A DNA stretch of 64,000 nt, from NCBI GenBank assembly GCA_951406725.2, contig OX597817.1, positions 170,066,001 through 170,130,000 on the forward strand, given 5' to 3'. Below are positions 37,720-49,818 of this stretch, one piece after another (the first letter of the stretch is position 1; every line of letters starts with the position of its first letter). The notes beneath the pieces were generated by a model that was not told the DNA's origin, searched no databases, and saw nothing but the letters and a program-made list of their open reading frames with translations. The stretch comes from Octopus vulgaris. Taxonomy: Eukaryota. A program made the translations under genes and the position numbers.

Positions 37720-37970
37720 GATTTTGCCGAAATGACCTACACAAATGATTTGTTTATAGTGATCCAATCTATATGCCGCACATTTGCTAACTCTCTCCAT
37801 CAAATCAATGTTGCCTGAACAGGTGCACAGTGTACCACGTGTCAGGTGTCGAAGTCATCACAGAGCAACATGAGATGAAGTGTTTTGCTCAAGAACACAA
37901 CACATCACTTTGTGTAGGAATTAAAACCACGATCTCGCAATTGTCAGTGCAACACCCTAACTACTAGGCC
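37720..37970 (-). mobile_element. SINE family E
   Basis: aaatgatttgtttatagtgatc...gagcaacatgagatgaagtgttttgctcaagaacacaac...ccctaactactagg. Confidence 0.75.
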
Positions 37971-38007
37971 GTCAAATCTTCTCAGTTTGACATTAGTAAA
38001 CAAAAAT

Positions 38008-38417
38008 ACTCTTTTACTCTTTTACTTGTTTCAGTCATTTGACTGTGGCCATGCTGGAGCACCGCCTTTAGTCGAGCAAATCGACCCCAGGACTTATTCT
38101 TTGTAAGCCCAGTACTTATTCTATCGGTCTCTTTTGTCGAACCGCTAAGTGACAGGGACGTAAACACACCAGCTTCGGTTGTCAAGCAATGCTAGTGGGA
38201 CAAACACAGACACACAAACATATACACACACACTTATATATATATACATATATACGACAGGCTTCTTTCAGTTTCCGTCTACCAAATCCACTCACAAGGC
38301 ATTGGTCGGCCCGGGGCTATAGCAGAAGACACTTGCCCAAGATGCCACGCAGTGGGACTGAACCCGGAACCATGTGGTTGGTTAGCAAGCTACTTACCAC
38401 ACAGCCACTCCTGCGCC
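38008..38417 (-). mobile_element. SINE family A
   Basis: Full-length reverse copy. Confidence 0.93.
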
Positions 38418-39593
38418 TATATGAAAATTATTTAAGAGCTGTACTATTTTGAATACTTCAGATCTTTTTCTGGATGTTATATTACATTTAACAGTTATAT
38501 AATGAATTTAATTAGTAATAAATATCTCTAAAATTAGTTGTTTCTTCATTTATCTCAGCAATGTCATGGACACTTGCTATTTTCTCCTGACAACCCGATA
38601 GGAAAAATACTTGTAGTCACTGAGAACGGTGAGATATTTCAGGTTATATAAAAGGTAATTTCTTGTTTCCTTTCATTAGATATGTTGAAAATGAGAATAA
38701 CAACATAATTACACCTTAATATTTAAGACCAGGTGTGTAACTATTTAATCCCATGTCTTCATTAATCACTATTAATCACCACAGCTAATATCTTTAAATG
38801 TCTAGATAAATTTTTCACTCTGTATCAATGCCTATTCTAAGTCTATATGAGTACGTACATCTCTAAGAAATTATCTTTATTGATAAAATTAAAGCTGTTA
38901 ACATAATTATTGCATATAGTCTGATATTTGCTACAAAAGGCTGGATATGCAATTTTTATTTTAAAATAATAATAAAACTTGCATATATCAATTAAACAGC
39001 TATAGAATACATTTAACTAAATATATCTCCAAACGAAATAAATATTGAATAAATTTTATGAAGTCCTTTTTGGTTATTTTTATATTTTAATCTAACGGGA
39101 AAATGAATGGATTCATTTATCTTTTATTTGAATTACAAAACAACAAAACTACTTTATCACTAAAAAAAAAATCTATTAAAAAAGCATTTGATATAATCTT
39201 GTATTTGCTACCAATGGTAAGCTGGTTTTGTAATTTTCATTTAAAAATTACACTTATATGGCATAATATCCTTGCTAACACCCACCCAAATCTTCACTAC
39301 TAAGTTGAAGTAGTAAATGCTTTGGACAGAGGTTTAACATCTTAACTAGTCAGCTATCAGAATTCAATATGAATTAAAATACAATAAATCAAAAAAATTA
39401 TTAAAATTAGCTTTAAATGGTTTCACACAAAGTAGTATTTATAATGTCAGAGTAAAAAATCTAGTCAATAACTGTTTACTTGTAGTGTTTCTATTTTAGA
39501 AATTTTTTATTAAGCCTATGGAAAATACAATGCAAAAATTGTAATAGACAAAAGTGACCAACTTTGCAACCTAGACATTATTCCACTCTATCC

Positions 39594-40194
39594 TTAACCC
39601 TTTCGTTACCGACCTGGCTGAAACCGGCTCTGGCTCTGAGTTCAAATGTCTTGTTTTCATAAGTTTTGAATTAAAATCTTCCACCAAACATCATCATCAT
39701 CATCATCATCATCGTTTAACACCAGTTCTCCATGCTAGCATGGGTTGGACGGTTCGACCGGGGATCTGGGAAGCCAGAAGGCTGCACCAGGCTCCAGTCT
39801 TATCTGGCAATGTTTCTACAGCCTGATGCCCTTCCTAACGCCAACCACTCCGTGAGTGTAATGGGTGCTTTTTACATGCCACCTGCACAGGCGCCAGGCG
39901 AGGCTGGCAACGGCCACGGTCGGATTGGTGTATTTTATCTGCCACCGGCACGGAAGCCAGTCGAGGCGGTGCTGGCATCAGCCACAAGTCGGATAGTGCT
40001 TTTTACGTACCACCAGACCAGGGATCCTGGCTGGTTCAATTCGATTTCGATTTCGCTTGCCCCAACATGTCTTCGCAAGCAAAGGGGGTTGGCATGGGTG
40101 CCTGTCGTACGGTCGGATTGGTTTTATTTTACGTGCCACCGGCACGAAAGAAGCACAGAGCCTCTCAAAATAAATACAGTAACGAAAGGGTTAA
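39594..40194. mobile_element. piggyBac-type MITE containing an RTE insertion
   Basis: Perfect termini TTAA-ccctttcgttac and gtaacgaaaggg-TTAA. Confidence 0.88.
39690..40146 (-). mobile_element. RTE-type 3' UTR fragment
   Basis: (cat)n followed by ccatgctagcatgggttggacgg and repeated gtgccacc units. Confidence 0.88.
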
Positions 40195-40950
40195 AGAATA
40201 TCAACAAATCATTAAAAAAAATCTAATCTCTATCTGTTCCCCTTTTTGATTCAGTGCTCTTCCTCCTACTTCTGATGAATGGTAAAGCTACTAAGTAGAG
40301 AATTCGTCTTTATAAGATGAAACTATTTGCTCTTAAACTCCTCACACAGGCTGGTATATATTCAACAATCGGATAGTGATAGCTAACTAGTGTCATTTTT
40401 CACCTACACAAGTAGATGATGTTTCTAATATGACACATTACCAAGATATCAGTTGTAAGAACAAGTGTTCCAACAAAAACCATTCTATCTGTACTAGCAA
40501 ACTAAAAACCGAATGTAAACAAGTATAAAAAACAAAAGAGCATCTACAAGTTAAGTGAAAAACAAAATAAAGAGAAATGACTAGAAGCACAGACAGATAT
40601 GTAACACAGAAAACACAAATAGACGTCTTTTAGCATCAACTTCACATTTCTTTGCTCAATTCTAATTTCAGCAGTTTGTAAATATACTGTTGGAGATGGG
40701 GAACAATATGTATTTGGTTAAATGTAAAATCACAATAGGTGAGAAAGCAAATTTTCAAAGTCAATAAACAGAAAACCTTCAATAAATAGGTTATCAATAG
40801 AAATAATAATGAAGTTTAATGGAGGTTTCTGTATAAGAATTTTGAAAATGTTTATAATAACAAACCCTTCTAAAACAGCCAGCCAACTCCATTATTTCTT
40901 CAATAACCAGAAGTTATCAAAAGTAAAATGCTTTTGAAATGTATTATATA

Positions 40951-41297
40951 TAATAATAATAATAAACATTGTGTACAGTGCTCAGGTGCACTACAACTCA
41001 TCTAAAGTGCATATATAATCAGGTGTAGTTTCGACGGATTTCGGAAAGCATGAGGGCCTTAAAGGATGCAGTGTCATGGCAGTCAACAACTGACGCAGGC
41101 AGTTTATTCCATGCTTCAGCAACTCTGAGCGTGAAGAAACGTTTCCGAAAGTCATGGGAGCTGTGTTGTTTTCTGACTTTGTAGACATGTCCACATGTGT
41201 TAGACACATGGAGATCAAAAAGGTGTTCAGTGTTGTTGTTGGTGAGGTGGTTGACAACTTTGTGGGTGTTTACCAAGTCCGTCGCCAGACGCCGGAG
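40951..41297 (-). mobile_element. Young 5'-truncated CR1-group LINE, same family as 26206
   Basis: ORF 41019-41276 VNTHKVVNHLTNNNTEHLFDL...RVAEAWNKLP. Confidence 0.95.
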
Positions 41298-41299
41298 TT

Positions 41300-41490
41300 T
41301 CGTTGAGTTTTACAAGAAAACAAAATGATTTTATGGTGTTTTGGGAAGGTCGTTACACCAATAAACACATGCACTGATTCATATCACTATTGTTAGTTAG
41401 ATGGTTGTTAGTTAGTGGTTGTTCGTCAAAGTCTTTTCGTTGCTATTCGTAACCTTACCAATGACATACCCTCTCTCCTCAAAGTCTACC
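41300..41490 (-). mobile_element. Old Penelope-like terminal fragment with a hammerhead remnant (related copies at 42960-43120, 47627-47895, 51120-51385 and 52240-52375)
   Basis: The reverse complement aligns by eye to 51126-51340. Motif gtca|ttggtaa|g|gttacgaatagcaac|gaa|aagactt|tgac. Confidence 0.45.
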
Positions 41491-41519
41491 TTGAAAGTGT
41501 CTGAGAATTAGTTTTACGT

Positions 41520-41800
41520 CTGTGTGTATGTATGCTTGTTTACAAGAGAAGGGTGAAAATAAACAATGAGTATATGTGTGCATACACATGTGTACATGCT
41601 TGTGTGTACACTCATGTACTTGCCTGTTTGTGTGTTTGTGAGTGTGTGTGCATTGGCCATCTGTGACCTCTTTGAGGGCTCAGCCTTTTGTTCAAGGTCA
41701 GTTCAGTCTTAGATCTGTTGGGATTTGCTTGTCAGATTTATGGGTTAGTTCCTTATGTGGGAAGGAGGAAGGGTGAGGAGAGAACAGGGTGTGTATGTGT

Positions 41801-41836
<36 letters not shown>

Positions 41837-41962
41837 ATGCACAAGCAAGAGTATGTATGATCTATTGTGTGCATTTGTGAGGTTGAGTTAGTTCTGTGAG
41901 TGAGTGTATATGGTCATATGCACGTGAGCGAATGTGTGAATGTTTAATTATGTATATGTCTT

Positions 41963-42004
<42 letters not shown>

Positions 42005-42300
42005 CGTGTGTGTGTGTGTGTAAGTGCATGCAGTGTAGCTGGGTTTGTTTTTAATAAGCAAGCGTCTTTGTGTATGTCTGTGTGCATGCATTCTTATGTG
42101 TCTGCATTCCAACATGCATGATGTGTATATGCATGATGTGTGCCTGTGCATCTGCGCATGTTTATGTGTGTATGTGTGTACATGTGGTGTGTGTGTGCAT
42201 AGACATGTGTGGTGGTTGTGTGTTCTTAATTGTATGAGTTTATGTGCGCATGTTCGTGCATGTATGTATATGCGCATGGATGTGTATGGTTGTGTAAAAG
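41520..42300. repeat. Decayed (TG/TA)n low-complexity region
   Basis: Visible directly. Confidence 0.85.
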
Positions 42301-42401
42301 AAAGGGTTGTAATTACATGCATTAATTTGTATGGATTTCGCTGCACCCTGCTGTCATTCTAACCTATCCTCTCTCTCTCTCACTCTCTCCATATATATAT
42401 A

Positions 42402-42800
42402 CTAGCAGTATCGCCCGGCGTTGCTCGGGTTTGTAAGGGAAATAACTATATAAGCATTTTTAGGGAGTTATAGCCAAAAAATAGCAAAAAAGTGCATTAA
42501 AAATGGAAAAAAAATGATAGTAAATTTTTTTTTAAATCGTTGACTCATCGTAGACATTTTTAGAGAGTTAATTCCCTTATATAATAGCGAAAAAAATGCA
42601 TTAAAATGGAAACAAATTGATGGTAATTTTTTTTTAAATTGTAGACTCATCGTAGATGCACGCTAATACCCAGAAGGGCTCGATATGAATCACGACTATA
42701 AGATACCCGGTTTTGGTTAAACTGCACCGCAAAATGTGGGAGTAGTTAGGAATCTAAATCGTAGGAGACAGACACACAACTTGACTTTTATATATAAAGA
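42402..42800 (-). mobile_element. Complete non-autonomous Helitron, family H1
   Basis: Minus strand A|TCtttatatataaaag...cccgagcaacgccgggcgatactgCTAG|T. Confidence 0.9.
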
Positions 42801-43426
42801 TATATATATATATATACATACATACCTACACCTGCACACACATGCCTTCCTACACATACACAAATACACACATGTATATATGTTGTGTGGTTAATGGCAG
42901 TGCCATTGTGGTTCTACTATCTACTATGTATATTTTCTATTCAATATTGGCAATGTCTCATTTATGAAAACAGATTCGTGAATCTCTTGTAACAACAGAT
43001 ACATTGATGAGGTCACGAATGGCAATGAAAGGACTTTCATAAACAAACAACTGAGTGATTGCTTAACCAACACATTAAACAAATGATCAATTAATTAGTC
43101 GGTTAGATATTTAACTGATTGACTAACAATGAAAAAGTGACATTGAACTTGTCTGTATTTTTAATTATTGCTGTAATGACCCTCTCATGATGCAACAAGT
43201 TTTTTTTTTAACACACAAATTCATATCAACAATCTTGCAAATGAAGTAAAATAATTTTAAATATATAACTATTCATTAGTTAGTCCTAGATAAGCCAGGT
43301 TTTAAAATATATAGCATCATACTGGTAATTATATTCTACCACCTAACTACTCTGTGAAGATGTCACAAGAGCTGAGTAAATAATAAGCTCACGTATTAGT
43401 TGCAAAGTTTTCAGTTCAGACCTTAC

Positions 43427-43489
43427 CACTGACATATTTTCTGTCCTTGAGAAAGGAACAGATGAACCTTCTGATTCTGATCCTGTCAG
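43427..43489 (-). CDS. Candidate 63-nt frame-preserving exon (LTGSESEGSSVPFSRTENMSV)
   Basis: Minus strand ttgtttgcttttgctaacag|ctgacagga...atgtcagtg|gtaagg. Strong acceptor and donor; two reading frames are open. Confidence 0.38.
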
Positions 43490-44784
43490 CTGTTAGCAAA
43501 AGCAAACAATAGGAAGAATGATTTGATGGTGAAATGAGAAAGTAGCTGGAAAATAGCTACTTTGGCAATCTACATTTTTAAGACTTATATCTTGTCCTCA
43601 TGCAAGAATAACTTACTGAATCTTCAGGTCAGACAAAGAAAGAATAAAGAAATTAAGATTGACAAATTGAACCATTGAAATGCTGTATTGGTTGAATTAG
43701 CACCAATGTCAAAACAAATACAATAATTTGCGCGTGCCAATGCTGTAGTACTTAAACTTAGTTCTCAGTATAATCAAAATTTAGCCATGGAAAATACTGG
43801 AAACCTATGAATCTTAAAATGCAACAAATTTTAAATAAGCCACTGTTAGCAACAGACTTTTTTTATTTTATCAAATTTCTGGAATTATCAAGCTTAAGTC
43901 ATTTTAATATAGTATGACATTGAAATTTGTCAGATGAGAATAGAGTAAAACCATAAGATATACAATAATAGATTAGAGTAGTTTTGAATGGCCACAAATA
44001 ATTAAATGATCGAAATAAATTTATTATATGCCACACAAATGGCAGCAATAACTAAATAATGCCATTAGGCTATTTTGAATCCTTCAAATCCATTATAACA
44101 TTTACTAAAGACTGTTAACAAAGTAAAAAGCACATTCAGTGGAATGTGAACACACAAAAGCTGTATAGATCATTAAAGTACATAACAAAAGGGCAACTGC
44201 TCACAGAGTTTTAAAGAGCAAGAAATTCACCTACAAAATCAATTTCCAGTCTTAAATAGCACAATAAACAACTATCGGAAGAATCAGAACTGAATAAACC
44301 CATAAATGTCATTAGCAGACTCAAACAAATTCCATAAGTTGACATTAAAACTCCATTTGAAGAAATGGCTAAATTACAAGAATGGAATTGGACTATCACT
44401 GCCATTCAGAATTACATTACTTTTAGTCTTCTTCTTGGTGACAAAGGAAATCTTCAAGAAAGCATTACCAAAATGAATTCATTTAATGTACAGTTCAGTA
44501 ATAAGTAATAGAACCACTAAAATCTGAATAAGAATTTGCTGTTAATCTACTGTCATCAAACAGCTATCCAAAACTGCCAAACTTAAAAGTAATGTAGACA
44601 ATTTTTCACACATACAACTAATTTACTAAGTATTACTTTTTTTTTTGTATCAGAATCTATGAAAAATAGTAGCATCATTGATAGGTTTCCAAAGGACTAA
44701 TTGCTGGCTCACTTCATTTCTGAATGATAAAGGCGGAGTTATCAAACACAATGTATCTCATCTACTGTTTTTTAAAAATTTTTG

Positions 44785-46300
44785 GTCATCATCATCATTG
44801 CTATCATCATTCTACATCCATTTTTCCATGCAGCTTACCACTTGTTGTTGCCTGTTGTCATCTTTATGAAGTTCAATCTTTCAAGATCACTTTTCACCAC
44901 ATTTTACCATATCTTCCTCTCCTATAGGTTCCTTCCACTTTTAATGCTTGGAAATTCTTTATCCAACTGTGATCTTCCACGTGCATCACCTGACCATACC
45001 AATACAGTCTTCTCTCTTAAATACTACATCTGGTTCCTCTTATAGTCAGTTTTTCTCTCAGAACATTGTTCATACACACTAACGTTACACATCCAGCAGA
45101 GAACGTGCACCCCATTTCTTTTCAGCTTTTAAAAAAATCCTCTGGATACACTCAGAGAGAGAATCTTTTTGTTGCCAGCAGAAGTAGTAGCTCTCATGTC
45201 TATTTTCAGACACCTTTACTCTGGTTTCTATGTTTTCAGAACATCTATTACTAATTAGAACATCTAGGTAATAGAAGCTATCAATAAATTATAGTGAACA
45301 CTTTGAGCATTTGAAGGAAAAATTCGTAGTTGCTCTTAGTGCTAAGTATCCTTTTGCCCATATTACATACAAATCCCTTCTCTGTCAACCTACATGTAAT
45401 CCCATTGAATCTCTTGTGTATCCATAGTTTAAATTGTTACATAGCAAGGAATACCAACCTAGTATTATTTTATATATCATGCATAGCCACTTCCTAGATG
45501 ACAACAGAGTTACCTGATTTCTTTCTTGATAACTAAAATTTCTAACTTTGAAATATTTACCATAAAACCTTTCAGTTCTAGGTTTTGCTTAAACTTTTAG
45601 AATTTCTTCTCAAATTTTTCAGTAGATTCAGGTATGAATGAGAACTAGATTGTTAGCATACAGATGTTCCTATGCACAAATAGTCGTAAGCCCCTGTCAT
45701 GGCCTGGAACATTAAATAAGCAGGATGGAGATAAGGGCTGAGTTTTAAGAGAGACCTACTTCTATGCTAAATTTCCTGCTGAACTTGATGAATTGCTTAT
45801 GAGGAGTGATGCTGTTAAGGAGATGATATCAACAAGCTTTACAGGCAACTTCATAACTACAGAGTATGATACCTTGTCCAAGGTCATTTCTAGGTCAACA
45901 AATGCTTGTTGTAGTGGCTTCCGCTTTGCTCAGAACTTCTGTAAAAGACTCACTGGGTAGTGTCCTTTAGAAGCTCCTAGTTTTTTTTTTTTCTTTTATT
46001 AGTCTCTATCTCCTCTTCCATCTGACCGAAGAATCTTTCAGCTTCCATATGCTCCTTTTACAGATTACCTTGTGATCCTGGATTTTCCTAGCTCTTACTC
46101 CATCAAAGAAAAACTCAGTATTCCTAACCATCTCCCTATCTCATTTCCTGGTGAGGAAGAAGAGTGTCTGCCTTGTGTGTTCATCTGAGAGCTAAGGGAT
46201 CGGGTGGCTGGTCAGATTTCTTAAATTAATGTTACAAATAGTAAGGTCACTTGCATCATGAAACTCCAAAAACCTTGAGCCCTTTTCCTTTTGTTTAGTA
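44785..46300 (-). mobile_element. Decayed RTE LINE ORF2 fragments
   Basis: Minus-strand remnants KRKPLQQAFVDLEMTLDKV (45870-45940), WMCNVSV (about 45085) and RRLYWYGQVM (about 45000). Confidence 0.7.
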
Positions 46301-46410
46301 TAGTCTACATGTAAATCAGACTATTTACTGATGGGCTTCTTCACAGTTTCCCTAACTGGATTCAATTCACTTAGTCAAACCAGGGCTATGGAAGAAAACA
46401 TTCGCGAGAG

Positions 46411-46412
<2 letters not shown>

Positions 46413-46487
<75 letters not shown>
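46413..46487. repeat. (TG)n microsatellite
   Basis: Visible directly. Confidence 0.95.
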
Positions 46488-46491
<4 letters not shown>

Positions 46492-47575
46492 ACACTCATA
46501 TATATGTCTATATCATGGTAGCTACATAAATTAAACTCATACCATAGATTCTGTTTAAACAGATATGTGAGAGGGTACAAGCAGCCATTAATAAGATATC
46601 TGCCAAGAGACACTATTAGCTACTTATGTGAAAGCATGGCATGAATTTAATTACATAGTTATTGTAAACATAGTTATGACTAGCAGTTGTAGTGATCAGA
46701 TGTGTTTTCTTTGGTTCGTCAAATTAGTAGCACAGAAAAGAAGAAAATAATAATTCAATTCAATAATCAAATTATTATTTTTTTTTTTATAAGTACACAA
46801 TATTCTAAGTTCTAAATATTCAATATTTGATAAACATATACTTTTTTTCTAGCTCGTTAGCATAAAACTATAAATATTTCCCTTTTTCTGCTACCATGAA
46901 ATTAATAATCTTTAAAGTCACAAATGTGTTACATTAGCATTTTAAAAAAATCCTTAAACACACACACACCACAGAGATACTATATTTATCTGAGAACAAG
47001 CACTATTACACATTTTATATTTATATATATTTATATATAGCATTGTGCTATATTTCTTTCTTAAACACAATAAGGCTAATATGAACACAAATAATTGCCA
47101 AAATTGGTTCCAAAAAGACAAATGCATTAATGAATGAATGAACTTTATGAAAGTTTTTCAAACAATCCACCAACTTTTATTTTTGCCATCAACTGTAAGA
47201 TAAACACAAATAAAGCTTCAGAGAAAAAAGTGCAAAATGTTTTTTCTGGACAAAAACTACACTTGGAAGCTCAATAAAATGTTCTCTTCATGCAGTGAAG
47301 TAACAACTGAATCTGCCACAATCATAATTTTATCCATTCCTCAGTTCAGTAGAAATAGAATTTTATTCACCATTTTTAAAATCCCCCACAAAATACAACC
47401 AACAATATATTGATTATAGCTATTGAATCTAATAATTATAGATACAAAGACAATATCTATCATTGAGTCCACTGCAAACTTAGAATTAAAGAAGATAGAA
47501 AACTAGGCAAATACACTACACAGATGAGGACATAGTCTTTAATAGAACCATGAGTAATAATAACAATTGTAGAAA

Positions 47576-47626
<51 letters not shown>

Positions 47627-47634
<8 letters not shown>

Positions 47635-47890
47635 ATATTTCGGAATGGTCATTTTGCCAGTTTAGCCAATAAAAACACACGCACTATATATTTGGTGTTA
47701 CTTTGCTTCAGTGTTATTTATTTTTTACATTAATCTTAATCTTATTTCGGCCAGAGTTCTTTCGTCACACTCCTGTGACCGCATCATTGGCCAGAGTTCT
47801 AAACTGGCAAAATGACCATTCCGAAGTATAACAATATCTGTTTCAACACACGACTTCACATAAAAAATCTTGCACAACAAATATATAAAC

Positions 47891-47895
<5 letters not shown>
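47627..47895 (-). mobile_element. Penelope-like fragment with an inverted junction, inside (TA)n
   Basis: A 39-bp inverted repeat (47627-47665 / 47799-47837) encloses a hammerhead-like motif. Confidence 0.65.
47749..47792 (-). ncRNA. Minimal type I hammerhead ribozyme motif (C3A, A9C variant)
   Basis: ggcca|ATGATGC|G|GTCACA ggag TGTGAC|GAA|AG aa CT|C|tggcc: 5-bp stem I, 6-bp stem II and 2-bp stem III. Confidence 0.6.
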
Positions 47896-47928
<33 letters not shown>

Positions 47929-47951
47929 TATATGTATGTATGTATAAGTAC

Positions 47952-48317
47952 AGGCATGATTATGTGGTAAGAAGCTTGCTTCTCAACGATATAGTTCTGG
48001 GTAGACTCAGTCCAACCAAAGCCTTGTGAGTGAATTTGGAGGGTGGAAACTGAAAGACGCCCATTTTGCATATATATATATAAATATTATGTGGGTGTGG
48101 GTGTGTGTGTGTCTTTGTGTTATTCCTTCTACCATTGCTTAACAACCGGTGTTGGTGCGTTTTACATCCCAGTAACTTAGCAGTCTGACAAAAGGATTCA
48201 ATAGAATAAGTACCAGGCTTAAAAATAAGTATTGGGGTCAGTTCATCTGACTAAAAATTCTTCAAGGTAAAAATTCTCCAGCATGACCACAGTCTAATAC
48301 TGGAATAAGTAAAAGAT
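47952..48317 (+). mobile_element. Older SINE family A copy
   Basis: tgtggtaagaagcttgcttc...gccttgtgagtgaatttgg...ctccagcatgaccacagtc. Confidence 0.8.
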
Positions 48318-48509
48318 ATATTCATATAAATACACATACACACAAATAAACTGGAAAATTAGGAATGTAGCATACCACATGAAATGCATGGAAGAATAAT
48401 AACTTATACAAGTAAAAGCACCTGCAAATTAGAGGACGGAGAAGCCCTGGCAAGAGTATAGAGTAGATAAGAGGCCTACGTTGCTACTCTATCAACATGC
48501 TAATGATAT

Positions 48510-48910
48510 ACTCTTTTACTTGTTTCAGTCATCTGACTGCGGCCATGCTGGAGCACCGCCTTTATTCGAGCAAATCGACCCCGGGGCTTATTCTTTGTAA
48601 GCCCAGTACTTATTCTATCGGTCTCTTTTGCCGAACCGCTAAGTGACGGGGGACGTAAACACACCAGCATCGGTTGTCAAGCAATGCTAAGGGGACAAAC
48701 ACAGACACACAAACACATATACACACACATATATATATACATATATACGACAGGCTTCTTTCAGTTTCCGTCTACCAAATCCACTCACAAGGCATTGGTA
48801 GGCCCGGGGCTATAGCAGAAAACACTTGCCCAAGATGCCTCGCAGTGGGACTGAACCCGGAACCATGTGGTTGGTTAGCAAGCTACTTGCCACACAGCCA
48901 CTCCTGCGCC
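48510..48910 (-). mobile_element. SINE family A
   Basis: Full-length reverse copy; possible TSD tgatat. Confidence 0.93.
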
Positions 48911-48916
48911 TTGATA

Positions 48917-49818
48917 TGAGGTGATATCAAAAAGTTCCTGGACTAATTCTGTAGCACACCAACAGATGGCAGCACATGGTTGCATGCACAGTGAGAGCTA
49001 GCAGTGACCTTCATGAGGCAGTGTTTTCCTTCCACCTTTACTCTGGATTCTATGTTTTCAGAACGTCTATTACTTGTTGTGAAATTTCTATTTTTGTGAT
49101 CACGTGTATGCTGTAGCCTGGAACAAAGATTCAATGTGAAATTTTGTTAAACTTGGAAAGTCTGCTACAGAGACATACAGCATGCTTTGGCAAGCATATG
49201 GCAATGAGGCAAGGGTCATACACAATATTTCAAGTGGCATGGGTACTTCAAAAGCCACAGCTCAATCAATAGCATGCTCATCATTTTTTTTTGACATCCA
49301 CAGTACTGTGCATCAAGAATTCGGCCCCACCCCAGGGCCAGACCATCACTCAAGAGTTCTACTGTGACATTTTGAAGTGTTTGAAGGAGGACATTTGACA
49401 AAAGCAACTAGATCTGTGAAGCACAAAGAATTGGATTCTTCAAGACGACAATGCACCCTGTCACTGAGCTCTGCTCATTCCTGAGTTTCTTGCTAAAAAC
49501 AATATGGTAGCACTTCCGTACCCACTGTGTTTGCCTGATTTAGCACCTGAAGACTTCCATCTCTTCCTCAAGATGAAATTGCAGCTTAAAAGGTCACCGT
49601 TTTAACACTGTTGTCAAGATCAAGAGCAAATCACACAAGGTCCTTGACTTGCTTATGGAAAACAACTTCCAGGCCAGATTCCCAAAATGGCAAGAATGCT
49701 GGGACCGGTGTATTATTGTGCAAAGTGACTATTTCGAAGGAGATGATCTTAAAACTTTGGTAAATAAGCTATTTTTTATTAAACATAACTAGTCTGGAAA
49801 TTTTGTGATACCATCTTG
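48917..49818 (+). mobile_element. Internally deleted mariner element
   Basis: TIR-like ends gtgatatcaaaaagttcctggacta / tagtctggaaattttgtgatacc with TA flanks. Remnants KLGKSATETYSML, WILQDDNAPCH and PDLAPEDFHLF. Confidence 0.85.

Noticed and set aside
44215-44508. Protein-like plus-strand frame (QLSEESELNKP...FEEMAKLQEWNW...)
   Set aside because: It has two in-frame stops, no splice signals and no recognisable family.
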